A stretch of DNA of 64,000 nucleotides from Desulfomonilia bacterium. GTDB taxonomy: Bacteria; Desulfobacterota; Desulfomonilia; UBA1062. Below the pieces are notes generated by a model, which was given only the letters and a program-made list of their open reading frames with translations, made no database searches and was not told where the DNA came from. Location: assembly GCA_963664325.2 (NCBI GenBank), contig CAXXDQ010000005.1:96001-160000 (forward strand). Direction: 5' to 3'. Each line of letters begins with the position of its first letter. Within the stretch, counting starts at the first letter, position 1. Made by a program: the position numbers and the translations under genes. Below are positions 38,261-49,756 of the stretch, in pieces.

Positions 38261-38547
38261 GCAGATTCGACAAAAAGACGATGCTGCTTGCCGGTATCAT
38301 CTTTATATCATCCTTTTGCCTCTGGGCCATGTTCCATGTCTGGACAAGGACGTTTGCCATGGACCTTGGATATCAGATCAGCATGGAACAGGGCATCAAG
38401 CAGGAGTTTACAAACGAGAACAAGTCGCTAAGGCTGGAAATTTCAACACTGAAGAGAACCGACAGGCTTGAATCGATTGCGCTTAAAGACCTCGGAATGT
38501 CGCCCCCGGCCCCTGAACAGGTGGTGCACCTATGGAAAAACGAGTAA
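38257..38547 (+). CDS. ftsL: Cell division protein FtsL
   Basis: TM plus coiled coil, RLESIA..LGM..P; between rsmH and ftsI. Confidence 0.85.
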   Translation: MSRFDKKTMLLAGIIFISSFCLWAMFHVWTRTFAMDLGYQISMEQGIKQEFTNENKSLRLEISTLKRTDRLESIALKDLGMSPPAPEQVVHLWKNE

Positions 38548-40241
38548 ACGTCGTATTCGGCATCTTCCTTTTTCTGATGGTCGCCCTGTGTACAAAGGCA
38601 TTCCATCTGCAGGTGCTGAAGGCTGAAGACGTAATATCCCGTGCATACAGGAAATTTGAACACAGCGTCAGCCTGAGTCCCAACAGGGGCATAATATATG
38701 ACAGGAGAGGGCACCCGCTTGCAATAAGTCTGGATGTCAAATCCATTGCAGCAAACCCGAGGCTGATAAATGACGATAATGAGGTGTCGATAAAACTTGC
38801 CAAGGCCCTTAATACAGACCGGTTGTTGATCAGAAAACGTCTTAAGGAAGGCAAATATTTTGCCTGGATAAAGAGGCAGGCGACTCCGGACGAGATCAAG
38901 GCTGTAGAGTCGCTCAAGATAAAGGGGATAGGGTTTTTTAACGAAAAAAAGCGGTTTTATCCCGAAAGTGAAGCCCTGTCGAATATTCTGGGTTTTGTCG
39001 GCATTGACGGAAACGGCCTTGAAGGGCTCGAGTTGCAGTATGACCATATTCTGAAAGGGGCGCCCAAACAGATAGAAGTGGAAAAGGACGGGCTCGGACG
39101 CATAATATGCGCCCAGGGCGTCAAACCTGATATCAATGACAGCAAGGATGGAAACAGTCTCGGTCTTACTATCGATAAGAGACTCCAGTACATCTCCTAC
39201 TCATTCATCAAAGATGCGGTCGCAAGCAACAGCGCCAAATCGGGTTTTGTAATAATAACAAATCCCTATACGGGCGAAATTTACTCGATGGCATCCTATC
39301 CGGGATTTGACCCGAACATAGGTTCATTCAGGAACCTTTCCGGGCACCACAACCGTGCCGTAACAGATGTCTTCGAACCGGGCTCTGTAGTCAAGCCGAT
39401 ATGGGTTGCATGGGGACTTGACACCAATTATCTGAATGCTTCCCAGAGCGTTTTCTGTGAAAACGGGGCATATAAATTCCACCACTCAATTATAAATGAT
39501 CATGAAGGCAAAGGCTGGCTTAACGTCAGCGAGGTCGTCAAATACAGCAGTAACATAGGCATGGTAAAGCTGTTCAGCCCGGTTGATGCATCGAGGCTTT
39601 ATAGCTGTTTAAAGACTTTCGGGATCGGGACCCCTACCGGCATTGACTATCCGGGCGAACCTGCAGGCCTTGTCAGAAATCCGAAAGGCTGGCGCATGAT
39701 AGACAAGGCGACCATGGCCTTCGGACAGGGATTTGCCCTGACGGGGATACAGCTTATAACCGCCTTTAACGCCCTTGTAAACGGGGGGGTAATTATAAAA
39801 CCCCATTTTATAGATTACATATCCGATCCCAAGGGCAGGACAACAAAGTATCAGCCCACGATACTGAGAAAGGCGGTATCTGATAAGACATCGGAGGAAA
39901 TCGTTGACATTATGAAGACGGTGGTGTTGAAAGGCGGCACTGCCGAGGCTGCAAACATGAACAGCTATACTGTTTTCGGTAAAACCGGCACCGCTCAGAA
40001 AGTGGATCCCCTTACAAGAAGCTATTCAAGCGGGGCACATGTCACTTCATTCATAGGCGGGATAATGGATTCATCGGGCAGACCTGTCATGACAATGCTG
40101 GTCTGCATAGATGACCCCCATCCATATTACTATGCCAGTATAGTGGCATGTCCGGTTTTTAAGAGTATCGCCACGCAGTGTACTAATATCATGGATATGC
40201 GCCCCATAATAACACTGGCAAAGGAAGGGGGACGTGGATGA
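38532..40241 (+). CDS. ftsI: Penicillin-binding protein 3
   Basis: RGIIYDR, GLEGLE, EPGSVVK (SxxK), SSN, KTGTAQK. Confidence 0.93.
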   Translation: MEKRVNVVFGIFLFLMVALCTKAFHLQVLKAEDVISRAYRKFEHSVSLSPNRGIIYDRRGHPLAISLDVKSIAANPRLINDDNEVSIKLAKALNTDRLLIRKRLKEGKYFAWIKRQATPDEIKAVESLKIKGIGFFNEKKRFYPESEALSNILGFVGIDGNGLEGLELQYDHILKGAPKQIEVEKDGLGRIICAQGVKPDINDSKDGNSLGLTIDKRLQYISYSFIKDAVASNSAKSGFVIITNPYTGEIYSMASYPGFDPNIGSFRNLSGHHNRAVTDVFEPGSVVKPIWVAWGLDTNYLNASQSVFCENGAYKFHHSIINDHEGKGWLNVSEVVKYSSNIGMVKLFSPVDASRLYSCLKTFGIGTPTGIDYPGEPAGLVRNPKGWRMIDKATMAFGQGFALTGIQLITAFNALVNGGVIIKPHFIDYISDPKGRTTKYQPTILRKAVSDKTSEEIVDIMKTVVLKGGTAEAANMNSYTVFGKTGTAQKVDPLTRSYSSGAHVTSFIGGIMDSSGRPVMTMLVCIDDPHPYYYASIVACPVFKSIATQCTNIMDMRPIITLAKEGGRG

Positions 40242-41686
40242 GGGCATCAACTCTCACAGGCATGATTCCAGGCGCAGTCCTGAAAGGGTCTGATGCCGAG
40301 ATTTCAGGGATAACGGACGATACAAGGAAGATTAATGCAGGCGCTGCTTTTATTGCCCTTAAAGGGACTGTCACCGATGGACACAAATATATAAAGACAG
40401 CCCGGGAAAACGGTGCCGGCTTGATCATCTGCAATGCGGGTTCCGCCCCAGAGCAGGCTGCATTGCCGGTTATTGAAGTACCTGATACACGGGATGCACT
40501 AAAAACAATCCTTCCGGCCCTTTTCCCATCTGCCGGGAAATTGACACTTGCCGGCATTACCGGAACCAGCGGGAAGACTACGACTTCATACCTGCTTGAA
40601 TCCATTTTCAAGGCCGCGTGGAGAAATCCCGGCTTAATCGGGACCATTGAAATAAGATACGGAGGAGAAAGCATTCCTGCGAACGTGACTACCCCGGGTC
40701 CGGTCGAACTCTTCGGCATGCTCGATGATATGTGCAAAAAGGGCGTAGATGCCTGCATAATGGAGGTGAGTTCGCATGCCCTTGACCAGGGACGGGTCGA
40801 CGGTCTTATGTTCGATGCCGGCATATTCATGAATCTCTCACATGAGCATCTGGACTATCATAAGGACATGCAGGACTACCATAACGCTAAAAAAAGGCTT
40901 TTTACCGATTACCTCAGGGGCAGGGCTGTCATAAACATCGATGATGCGGCAGGCATGAGCATCAAGACCGAAATTCCGGATGCATTGAGTTTCGGAAATT
41001 CAATAGATGCGGACATAAGACCGCACTCGGTTAGAACGGATGAAGGTTCAATGATAATAAGCCTTGACACCCCCAGGGGCAGATTCGAACTGGCAAGCAA
41101 TCTTCTCGGACGTTTCCAGGTCTATAATATCATGGCTGCAACCGGGGCCGCCATGAGCCTTGGCATCGATACGGTGGCCATAATCGAAGGGATCGCAAAT
41201 CAGAGGTATGTGCCGGGACGCATGGAACCTGTGCCGAACAGCAAAGGGCTGAGAATCCTGGTCGATTATGCGCATAAACCCGAGGCGCTGGAGAATGCGC
41301 TTAAAGCGGCAAGGTCGCTTTCAGAAGGCAAAGTCCATACAATCTTCGGTTGCGGAGGAGATCGTGACAGGACAAAAAGGCCTTTGATGGCCGCCATTGC
41401 AGAAAAATATTCGGATACAGTTATCGTTACTTCGGACAATCCAAGGACAGAGGACCCGAATGCAATTATCAGGGAGATACTTGCAGGATTTACCAAAGGG
41501 TACGATCCGATAGTCGAACCTGACAGGGCCAAGGCCATCAAAATCGGTGTTGCACTGATGGAGCCGGAGGACATACTCATTATTGCAGGCAAAGGCCATG
41601 AAGACTATCAGATCATAGGGACAAAGAAGTATCCGTTTGATGACCGGACAATATCAAGGAAAGCTGTTCTGGAGGTTATGGCATGA
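40238..41686 (+). CDS. murE: UDP-MurNAc-dipeptide:DAP ligase
   Basis: GITGTSGKTT, MEVSSH, VDYAH, GCGGDRD, SDNPR, GKGHEDYQ. Confidence 0.96.
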   Translation: MRASTLTGMIPGAVLKGSDAEISGITDDTRKINAGAAFIALKGTVTDGHKYIKTARENGAGLIICNAGSAPEQAALPVIEVPDTRDALKTILPALFPSAGKLTLAGITGTSGKTTTSYLLESIFKAAWRNPGLIGTIEIRYGGESIPANVTTPGPVELFGMLDDMCKKGVDACIMEVSSHALDQGRVDGLMFDAGIFMNLSHEHLDYHKDMQDYHNAKKRLFTDYLRGRAVINIDDAAGMSIKTEIPDALSFGNSIDADIRPHSVRTDEGSMIISLDTPRGRFELASNLLGRFQVYNIMAATGAAMSLGIDTVAIIEGIANQRYVPGRMEPVPNSKGLRILVDYAHKPEALENALKAARSLSEGKVHTIFGCGGDRDRTKRPLMAAIAEKYSDTVIVTSDNPRTEDPNAIIREILAGFTKGYDPIVEPDRAKAIKIGVALMEPEDILIIAGKGHEDYQIIGTKKYPFDDRTISRKAVLEVMA

Positions 41687-43047
41687 GGGGCAGACTGATT
41701 GAAGCTGCTGAAATAACAGGCGGCACACTTCTGGAAGGCAGCCCCGAAACGCCTTTTTCAGGAATATCGACCGACTCAAGAATGGTGACAAAGGGAGAAC
41801 TCTTTATTGCGCTCAAGGGAGAGAATTTTGACGGCCATGACTATGTGGGACAGGCTGTTGACAGGGGAGCGGCGGCGGCTGTTGTCGAAAGAAGAACCGA
41901 TGCCAGGGGTTTGAACCTCATCCTTGTCGGAGATACACTTGCGGCGCTCGGGGAACTGGCTGCGCATAACAGGGCCTCATATAATGCAAAAGTAATCGGA
42001 ATCACCGGTTCTGCAGGCAAAACCACGGTCAAGGAGATGATTGCCTCCATCCTTGCCATAAATGGAAACGTCCTTAAAACCCAGAAAAATTATAACAACC
42101 TCATCGGCGTGCCGATGAGGCTCTTCGACCTGAAAGAAGACCACGATTTTGCGGTTATCGAGATGGGGACGAATGCACCCGGGGAAATAGAGAGACTTGC
42201 CAGGATGGCAAAACCGGACATATCAGTTCTTACAGGTATTATCCCGGCCCACCTCAAAGGACTTGGAAGCATGGAAGGCATCATCAATGAAAAGCAGGCT
42301 ATCTTTGAGCACACCTCAGAAGCCGCGGTGTTTGACCCGAATGGCGAATATACAAAAAATGTTGTTGTGCCAGTAAACCTTGAAAAAGTCACCTTTTCTT
42401 TAAAACAGCCCGCTGACGTTCTCCTTTCAGATATTCACAGAAAGGACCTCTCAGGGACGGTATTTACTGCGATACTAAAAGAGAGAAAAATAAGGATCAG
42501 GGTCGGTCTGCCCGGAATGCACAATGTCCAGAATGCCCTAGCTGCCTGTGCTTGTGCCCTGGCGCTGGGGATTGAACCGGAACAGATACAGGCGGGGATT
42601 GAAAATGCATCCTTCCCCGGGATGCGCTCCGAGATAGTGGTCTCTGATGGCCTTACGATAATAGACGACAGTTATAATGCAAATCCCGGCTCGATGAAGG
42701 CTGCGCTCGATGTCCTGTCTGCTGCGCCGCATTCGGTCAAAATAGCAGTCCTGGGGGACATGCTGGAACTCGGTGATGATGCTCAGTTCTGGCACAAAGA
42801 ACTTGGGAAATGGGCCGCCGAAGCAAAGATCAACCATCTTATCATAACAGGGGAAATGTCCTGGGCGGTTAAAGAAGCTGCCTATAATGCAGGACTTGAT
42901 ATAAGGCAGATCACGGTGGCCGACGATATAGAGGGCATAAAGAACGCCCTTTCGCTGAGGACATTGAAGGACGCTATCATTCTGGTTAAGGCCTCCCGCT
43001 CGCTCAAGCTGGACCGTGTCGTGGCGCATCTCAAGGAGGCGGCCTAA
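41683..43047 (+). CDS. murF: UDP-MurNAc-tripeptide:D-Ala-D-Ala ligase
   Basis: ITGSAGKTTVKE, NNLIGVP, DDSYNANP, GDMLELG, VKASR. Confidence 0.96.
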   Translation: MRGRLIEAAEITGGTLLEGSPETPFSGISTDSRMVTKGELFIALKGENFDGHDYVGQAVDRGAAAAVVERRTDARGLNLILVGDTLAALGELAAHNRASYNAKVIGITGSAGKTTVKEMIASILAINGNVLKTQKNYNNLIGVPMRLFDLKEDHDFAVIEMGTNAPGEIERLARMAKPDISVLTGIIPAHLKGLGSMEGIINEKQAIFEHTSEAAVFDPNGEYTKNVVVPVNLEKVTFSLKQPADVLLSDIHRKDLSGTVFTAILKERKIRIRVGLPGMHNVQNALAACACALALGIEPEQIQAGIENASFPGMRSEIVVSDGLTIIDDSYNANPGSMKAALDVLSAAPHSVKIAVLGDMLELGDDAQFWHKELGKWAAEAKINHLIITGEMSWAVKEAAYNAGLDIRQITVADDIEGIKNALSLRTLKDAIILVKASRSLKLDRVVAHLKEAA

Positions 43048-44124
43048 ATGCTCTATCATATCCTCTTTCCTCTCCATGTGTACCATTCCGTTTTCAATGT
43101 CTTTAAATACCTTACGTTCAGGAGCATTTACGCGACCATCACGGCGCTGCTGATAGGGCTGCTTCTGGGCCCCTGGTTTATAGAAAGGCTCAGAAGAATG
43201 AGCTTCGGCGAAAGGATAAGCTCCTACACGCCCGGGCACAACAACAAGGCGGGCACCCCGACGATGGGCGGGGTGTTCATCGTATTCACGATCGTCTTTT
43301 CAGCCCTCATGTGGGTTGACCTTTCAAACAAGTTCGTATGGCTGGTCACGTTCATAACAATAGTCTTCGGTTCATTGGGTTTTATAGACGATTACGTAAA
43401 GACCAGGCGGGGCAACATGAAGGGGCTGCCCGGAAAGCTGAGGCTTGCAATCGAATTTGCCGCCGCCGGTTTTGTCGGATATACGCTGACCACCATCCCG
43501 GGTTTCAGCACTATAGTTACCGTGCCTTTTTTTAAAAACGTGCACTTTGACCTGGGCATGTTCTTCATTCCCTTTTCAATGCTGGTTATCGTAGGTGCTG
43601 CAAACGCAGTCAACCTGACAGACGGGCTTGACGGGCTTGCAATAGGGCCGAGCACCATAGCCGCTGCGACTTATCTGCTGTTCGCCTACCTTACGGGCAA
43701 CTTCAAGACCTCCAGCTACCTGCAGATACACTATATACCGGGAGTGGGCGAACTGAGCGTGTTCCTTGGGGCAATGGTGGGCGCCGGCATGGGATTTCTC
43801 TGGTATAACGCCTATCCGGCCCAGGTGTTCATGGGCGATGTCGGCTCCTTGAGCCTGGGCGGCATACTCGGCACCGTCGCAGTAATAACGAAGCAGGAGA
43901 TGCTGCTGGTTGTAGTCGGCGGCATCTTCGTGATGGAAGTAATGTCGGTAATTCTCCAGGTGGGATTCTTCAAGTTCACAAAAGGCAAACGAATATTCCG
44001 CATGGCGCCCATACACCACCACTTCGAGCTCAAGGGATGGCCTGAACCAAAGATTATCGTGAGGTTCTGGATCATTTCCATCCTGCTGGCGATGCTGGCT
44101 ATCTCCACGCTTAAGCTGAGGTAG
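43048..44124 (+). CDS. mraY: Phospho-MurNAc-pentapeptide transferase
   Basis: [35 protein letters not shown]. Confidence 0.97.
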   Translation: MLYHILFPLHVYHSVFNVFKYLTFRSIYATITALLIGLLLGPWFIERLRRMSFGERISSYTPGHNNKAGTPTMGGVFIVFTIVFSALMWVDLSNKFVWLVTFITIVFGSLGFIDDYVKTRRGNMKGLPGKLRLAIEFAAAGFVGYTLTTIPGFSTIVTVPFFKNVHFDLGMFFIPFSMLVIVGAANAVNLTDGLDGLAIGPSTIAAATYLLFAYLTGNFKTSSYLQIHYIPGVGELSVFLGAMVGAGMGFLWYNAYPAQVFMGDVGSLSLGGILGTVAVITKQEMLLVVVGGIFVMEVMSVILQVGFFKFTKGKRIFRMAPIHHHFELKGWPEPKIIVRFWIISILLAMLAISTLKLR

Positions 44125-45417
44125 ATGATGAAGATCCTGGTATGGGGGACTGGTGAAACAGGGGTTGAGTCGGCCAGGGCTATGGCTGCAAGGGGCAATG
44201 AGGTAAGGCTTGTTGACGAAAATGAGCCCGGGCAAGGTCTGATATTCCCTGCGAAAAAGCTTGAAGAGGCTGATATAGAATGGGCCGATCTGGTAATTCC
44301 GAGTCCGGGCATACCGATAGGACACCCTCTGCTTGCAAAGGCAAAAAAGGTGCTCTCCGAAATAGAAGTTGCATATTCGTTGCTCACCGGCAGGCTTATC
44401 GCCGTAACGGGCACGAACGGGAAGACTACCACGGTTACGCTGATACACAGGATATTAAAGGCTGCGGGCTTTGATGCAGGGATTGGCGGAAACATATCAC
44501 CTCCGCTTATAAGCCTTGCTGAAGCGAACCCCGGGTATCTGGTTGCCGAAATAAGCTCTTTCCAGCTCGAGTGGATAGAGAAATTCAGGCCTTCCATCGG
44601 CGTCTGCATGAACATCACGCCGGATCACCTCGACCGCTACAATAATATGGAAGAATATATATATTATAAACTGAGGCTGTTCGAGAACATGTCAGGGGAC
44701 GATATAGCCGTCGTCAACAATGACGACCCGTATAAGGACATGATCAAAACCCCGCGCAGGGCCGGCTTTTCGTTTACGAGGCGAGACATTGAACATGGCG
44801 CATATATTGACGGAGACCGGATTGTCTTTTGCGGGGAGATTGAAGGGAAGGGCCCCAAAGTGCCTGAGGCCGTAAAAGTGGGCCGCGGGACAATAGAGGA
44901 TATGCTTGCCGCGGCAATCGTCACCCGTTACCTTGGCGTTGAACCTGCGTTGATGGAAGACATATTTCTTTCATTCAAGGTTATTCACCACCGGTTCGAA
45001 TATGCCGGGGAATTGGACGGGGTGGTTTTCATCGACGATTCGAAGGCCACCAATGTAGGCGCTATTGACGTTGCGCTTGCAAGCGTCGATAAGAAGGCCG
45101 TCATAATCCTCGGCGGGAAGGACAAGGGAGGGAATTTCGGCGAACTCCTTGCGAAACATTCAGGAAAGCTCAGAAAAGCCGTCCTCATAGGAGAGGCGGC
45201 TTCAAGGATAGCTTCGGAAGCAAAAGGGATCGTGGATTTTGAGAATGCATTATCCATGACTGACGCGGTAGCCAGGTCGTTCGATTCGGCCAAGCCCGGA
45301 GATATAGTGCTGCTTAGTCCGGGCTGTGCGAGCTTTGACATGTTCAAGAGCTATGCACACAGGGGAGAGGTTTTCACAGATTGCGTGAAAATGCTGAAAA
45401 CAAGAATTCGGAACTGA
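44125..45417 (+). CDS. murD: UDP-MurNAc-Ala:D-Glu ligase
   Basis: TGTNGKTTT, EISSFQL, PDHLDRY, DSKATN, SPGCASFD. Confidence 0.96.
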   Translation: MMKILVWGTGETGVESARAMAARGNEVRLVDENEPGQGLIFPAKKLEEADIEWADLVIPSPGIPIGHPLLAKAKKVLSEIEVAYSLLTGRLIAVTGTNGKTTTVTLIHRILKAAGFDAGIGGNISPPLISLAEANPGYLVAEISSFQLEWIEKFRPSIGVCMNITPDHLDRYNNMEEYIYYKLRLFENMSGDDIAVVNNDDPYKDMIKTPRRAGFSFTRRDIEHGAYIDGDRIVFCGEIEGKGPKVPEAVKVGRGTIEDMLAAAIVTRYLGVEPALMEDIFLSFKVIHHRFEYAGELDGVVFIDDSKATNVGAIDVALASVDKKAVIILGGKDKGGNFGELLAKHSGKLRKAVLIGEAASRIASEAKGIVDFENALSMTDAVARSFDSAKPGDIVLLSPGCASFDMFKSYAHRGEVFTDCVKMLKTRIRN

Positions 45418-46505
45418 GCTTCGACGTACCGTTCCTGCTGGCAACGCTGGCGCTTATGGTGGCCGGTACGGTCATGGTTTATTCGGCCAGTTTTTTCCTT
45501 TCAAAGGAGATGTATGGAAACGGCTCGGCGATAATAATGAAAAGACTTTTACACCTTGTCGTCGGCTGCGCCGTAATGACGCTTGCAATGTTCATCGACT
45601 ACCGGAAAGTTTTTACCAGACCTGTCATATACATGCTGCTGATTTCAGGGCTTGTCTCGCTGGTCCTGTGTTTTATCCCCGGTGTGGGCATAACGGCCGG
45701 ACATGCCAAAAGATGGGTTAACATAATAATAATGAGGTATCAGGCATCCGAACTGATGAAAATCGCCATGCTCGTTTACATGTCGTATTTCCTCTCGGCT
45801 AAATCGAAAAACATCGGGGTATTTTCCGTTGGCGTTTTACCCGTTCTCTTCATTTGCTCGATTGCGGCAGGGCTTATACTGATCGAACCTGATTTCGGGA
45901 CAGCCGGTATATTTTTTGTCTGGACCATCATGGTGCTCTTTATTGCCGGCATGAGGTTAAAACACCTTCTGATCCTTGGCGGAGGAATATTGCCTCTGGG
46001 CATACTGTTCATGATTCTCGAACCGTACAGGAGGGCAAGGCTGACCGCGTTTATCAACCCCTGGCAGGACATGCAGGGCACGGGCTATCAGATCATACAG
46101 TCCATGCTTGCCTTTTCCAAAGGCGGTATTTTCGGTGCAGGTCTTGGTGAAGGGGCACAGAAACTGTTCTTCCTGCCCGCGCCGCATACTGATTTCATAA
46201 TGGCCGTCCTCGGCGAGGAGACTGGTTTTGCCGGTGTAGTTGTCATTGTTGCTCTGTTCGGGGTATGGGTATGGAGAGGCCTTACGATCGCCAAGGCGAC
46301 GAACGACCTTTTCGGGTTCTTCCTGGTGGTATCTTCGGTACTTCTTGTAGGACTTCAGGCGGTCATAAACATCGGTGTTGCAATGAGCCTGTTCCCGACA
46401 ACGGGCATACCATTGCCGTTCTTCAGCTTCGGCGGCACGACGCTTGTCTCGACCATGCTTGCCTGCGGCATAATCCTGTCCGTATCAAGAGGTGCCAGGA
46501 CATGA
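45381..46505 (+). CDS. ftsW: Peptidoglycan glycosyltransferase FtsW
   Basis: VYSAS, AKRW, EPDFG, GYQIIQS, HTDFI, PFFSFGG. Confidence 0.95.
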   Translation: MRENAENKNSELSFDVPFLLATLALMVAGTVMVYSASFFLSKEMYGNGSAIIMKRLLHLVVGCAVMTLAMFIDYRKVFTRPVIYMLLISGLVSLVLCFIPGVGITAGHAKRWVNIIIMRYQASELMKIAMLVYMSYFLSAKSKNIGVFSVGVLPVLFICSIAAGLILIEPDFGTAGIFFVWTIMVLFIAGMRLKHLLILGGGILPLGILFMILEPYRRARLTAFINPWQDMQGTGYQIIQSMLAFSKGGIFGAGLGEGAQKLFFLPAPHTDFIMAVLGEETGFAGVVVIVALFGVWVWRGLTIAKATNDLFGFFLVVSSVLLVGLQAVINIGVAMSLFPTTGIPLPFFSFGGTTLVSTMLACGIILSVSRGART

Positions 46506-47566
46506 AACTTGTCATCACGGCAGGCGGCACGGGCGGCCATATAATACCGGCTCTGGCAATTGCGCAGGCGCTGCTTGAAAAGAGGCCGGATTCAGATGTC
46601 CTGTTTATCGGTACCGATCGCGGGCTTGAAGAAAGGCTTGCGGCAAAATACAATATACGGTTTGTGCCGCTGAAAGCAGCCGGGATCAAGGGGAAATCCT
46701 TCAGAAATATCCTTTCTGCCGTTGCCATCAATATCGCTGCATTTATAAGCGCCTTTAAGATCGTTTCCAGGTTTAAACCGGACTGGATTATAGGTACGGG
46801 AGGTTATGTAACGGGGATGGTCGTTCTGGCAGGAAGCCTGTCGGGTGCCTGCTGTGCAATACAGGAACAGAACAGTGTGCCGGGTCTCACGAACAGGATC
46901 CTTGCACGATTCTCCGACCGGATATTCCTTTCTTTCCCGGATGCCGCTGACTTATTTCCGGCCGGGAAGACTGTTGTGACGGGCAACCCCCTGCGTAAAG
47001 AGTTCCAGCCGGCTGACGGTAAAGAAAAGAGGACGCTTATGATTATGGGCGGAAGTCTTGGTGCAACAAGCATAAACAAGACAGCCGTGAAGGCCCTCGA
47101 GATTATTAGAAGCAGGCTGAACGGCCTTGAAATCATACACCAGACAGGCCGTGCCGATGCGGGCTGGGTGAAAAAGGCCTATGAGGAAAAGAATATAAAG
47201 GTAAAGGTTGAGCCGTTTATCGAGGATATGGCCTCGGTTTTTGCAAAGACGAAACTTGCGGTATGCAGGGCGGGCGGGATAACACTTTCGGAACTGTCAC
47301 GCATGGGAGTGCCGGCGATAATGGTGCCGCTTCCAAGTGCAGCGGACAACCACCAGTATTTCAATGCGCTTTATATAGAAAATGCAGGAGGCGGATGGAT
47401 ATTTAACGAGGACAGGCTTGCACCTGAGACTCTCTCGGCGGAGATTCTTAAAAGGCTGACGGACGAGCAGGCCCTTTCTGCTGCTTCATCAGCCATTAAG
47501 CGGCTGGGACTCGGCAACGGGACAGAGCATATAACTAAGGAGCTGATAAAGTGTTCAGGGGGATAA
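46502..47566 (+). CDS. murG: Lipid II GlcNAc transferase
   Basis: AGGTGGHI.P, EQN..PG..N, GGSLGA, CRAG, HQ..NA; start ATG 46502. Confidence 0.96.
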   Translation: MKLVITAGGTGGHIIPALAIAQALLEKRPDSDVLFIGTDRGLEERLAAKYNIRFVPLKAAGIKGKSFRNILSAVAINIAAFISAFKIVSRFKPDWIIGTGGYVTGMVVLAGSLSGACCAIQEQNSVPGLTNRILARFSDRIFLSFPDAADLFPAGKTVVTGNPLRKEFQPADGKEKRTLMIMGGSLGATSINKTAVKALEIIRSRLNGLEIIHQTGRADAGWVKKAYEEKNIKVKVEPFIEDMASVFAKTKLAVCRAGGITLSELSRMGVPAIMVPLPSAADNHQYFNALYIENAGGGWIFNEDRLAPETLSAEILKRLTDEQALSAASSAIKRLGLGNGTEHITKELIKCSGG

Positions 47567-48933
47567 AAAGAATTCATTTTGTGGGTATTGGCGGGATCGG
47601 CATGAGCGGTATTGCGGAACTGCTTCTCAACCTCGGGTTCAAGGTTTCAGGGTCTGATGTCGCATCTTCGGAGACTGTCGAAAGACTCATAGCAATGGGG
47701 GCCAGGATTAACATAGGCCACAAAGCTGAGAATCTCGGCGACGCGCAGGTTGTGGTTTTCTCATCGGCTGTTGCAGCGGACAATACTGAATGCCAGCTGG
47801 CAAGAGACAGGGCAATACCGGTAATTCCCAGGGCCGAAATGCTCTCGGAGCTGATGAGGATGAAATATTCCATTGCCATAGCAGGTACCCATGGCAAGAC
47901 GACCACTACCTCCATGCTTGCGACGATCCTGTCACGGGCGGGACTTGATCCGACCGCCATTATCGGCGGGAAGGTGGATATATTCAATTCGAATGCAAAA
48001 CTGGGTGACGGTGATCTGCTGGTCGCTGAAGCGGACGAGAGCGACAGGTCCTTCTTGAAGCTTGCGCCAATAATCGCTGTTGTCACGAATATCGAGGAAG
48101 AGCATATGGACTGCTACAGCGACCTTGACGACATCAGAGAGACCTTCATAGAGTTTCTGAACAAGGTGCCTTTCTACGGATTCAACATGGTCTGCCTGGA
48201 TGACAAAAATATCCAGAATATCCTGCCCAGACTTGAAAGAAAAGTCATTACATACGGCTCGCATACGCAGGCGATGTACCGCTTCAAGGAAGCCAGTTTC
48301 AGTGGTTTCAGCTCAACATTCAAGGCCCACAAAAACGGCACGTTTCTAAGCGATATCACCTTGAAGGTTCCGGGTGTGCATAACTGCATGAATGCGATGG
48401 CGTCCATTGCCACGGCGATGGAGCTGGGTGTCGATATAAAAGTGATCAGGGAGGCTCTGGAGACCTTCAGCGGGGTACAGAGAAGGTGTCATGTCAGGGG
48501 CGAAGCGGGCGGGATTACGGTCATGGACGATTACGGCCATCATCCGACAGAGATCCGGATGACTCTAAAGGCATTAAAGAACGGATTTCCCGATAAGAGG
48601 ATCATCGCCGTATTCCAGCCCCACAGGTACACGAGGACAAGGGATCTGTTCGATAATTTCATCACCGCTTTTTATGATGCGTCGGTTCTGTACATCACGC
48701 CGATTTACCCGGCCTCGGAAGAGCCGATAACGGGTGTTACAGGTCAGAGGCTTTACGAAGAGGTAAAAGAGCATGGCCACAGGCATGCCTATTATATCGA
48801 GGATAAGGATATGATTCCCGGGATACTCGGGAATGAGCTGAAAAGGGGTGATCTGGTCGTTTTCCTGGGTGCAGGGGATGTCTGGAGACAGGGGCCCAAG
48901 CTGCTGGGGATATTGAATAATGAAAACAAGTGA
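47551..48933 (+). CDS. murC: UDP-MurNAc:L-Ala ligase
   Basis: GIGGIGMSG, AGTHGKTTT, EADESD, DDYGHHPTE, FQPHRYTR. Confidence 0.97.
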   Translation: MFRGIKRIHFVGIGGIGMSGIAELLLNLGFKVSGSDVASSETVERLIAMGARINIGHKAENLGDAQVVVFSSAVAADNTECQLARDRAIPVIPRAEMLSELMRMKYSIAIAGTHGKTTTTSMLATILSRAGLDPTAIIGGKVDIFNSNAKLGDGDLLVAEADESDRSFLKLAPIIAVVTNIEEEHMDCYSDLDDIRETFIEFLNKVPFYGFNMVCLDDKNIQNILPRLERKVITYGSHTQAMYRFKEASFSGFSSTFKAHKNGTFLSDITLKVPGVHNCMNAMASIATAMELGVDIKVIREALETFSGVQRRCHVRGEAGGITVMDDYGHHPTEIRMTLKALKNGFPDKRIIAVFQPHRYTRTRDLFDNFITAFYDASVLYITPIYPASEEPITGVTGQRLYEEVKEHGHRHAYYIEDKDMIPGILGNELKRGDLVVFLGAGDVWRQGPKLLGILNNENK

Positions 48934-49756
48934 CGCGCAGGCGACAGACCTTACTTCGATGCGGTGCGGGGGACGTATCGCACAGCTTATTACTGCCGAA
49001 AATCTGGGTGAACTCCAGCGGCTTCTGGCCGGACTTAACGAATATATTATCCTGGGCGGAGGATATAACACGATTTTTTCCGACGGCCTTACGCTTACAC
49101 CCGTCATAAGGCTTGGAGAAGCCTTTGAGGGGGTGGACGCAGACGGGTCCGGAATGCTTTACGCCGGCGGCGGTGCTAGCATTGCCTCAATTATTACGGT
49201 ATGCAAAGAAAAGGGCCTGTCCGGGATGGAGTTCATGGCGGGAATTCCGGGGACCCTCGGCGGAGCGATCAGGATGAATGCCGGGACCAACGATAAAGGC
49301 ATCATGTGTGTCTTATCGTTTATCGATCTGATGGACGCCTCCGGTTCAAGAAGGATGGAAAAAGCCGATATCAACTACGGCTACAGGCACACGGAACTGC
49401 CCTCGAAGTCGGTGATCACCGGCGCCGGATTATCCCTTGAGATTACATCGCCCGATGATGTCAGGGCAAAGGTATCATCCTTTCTGGACAAGCGCAGGAA
49501 TCAGCCGAAGGGACTTTCAAGCGGGTGCATATTCAAGAATCCGGAAGGTTCTTCAGCCGGTTATCTTATAGACAGGGCGGGTCTCAAGGGATGCCGTGTG
49601 GGCGGCGCCGTTATTTCGGATGTACATGCCAATTTCATAATTAACGACGGCAGCGCCTCATCATCGGATATTCTGGAACTCATAGAAATTATCAAGGATG
49701 AGGTAAAAAAACAGTTCTCGGTGGAATTGAAAGAGGAGGTTATAATCCTTGCTTAA
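48920..49756 (+). CDS. murB: UDP-N-acetylenolpyruvoylglucosamine reductase
   Basis: GIPGTLGGAIRMNAG, SGCIFKNP, HANFIIN. Confidence 0.95.
   Translation: MKTSDAQATDLTSMRCGGRIAQLITAENLGELQRLLAGLNEYIILGGGYNTIFSDGLTLTPVIRLGEAFEGVDADGSGMLYAGGGASIASIITVCKEKGLSGMEFMAGIPGTLGGAIRMNAGTNDKGIMCVLSFIDLMDASGSRRMEKADINYGYRHTELPSKSVITGAGLSLEITSPDDVRAKVSSFLDKRRNQPKGLSSGCIFKNPEGSSAGYLIDRAGLKGCRVGGAVISDVHANFIINDGSASSSDILELIEIIKDEVKKQFSVELKEEVIILA

Noticed and set aside
46265-46501. N-terminal extension of murG
   Set aside because: Overlaps ftsW; the conserved start is ATG 46502
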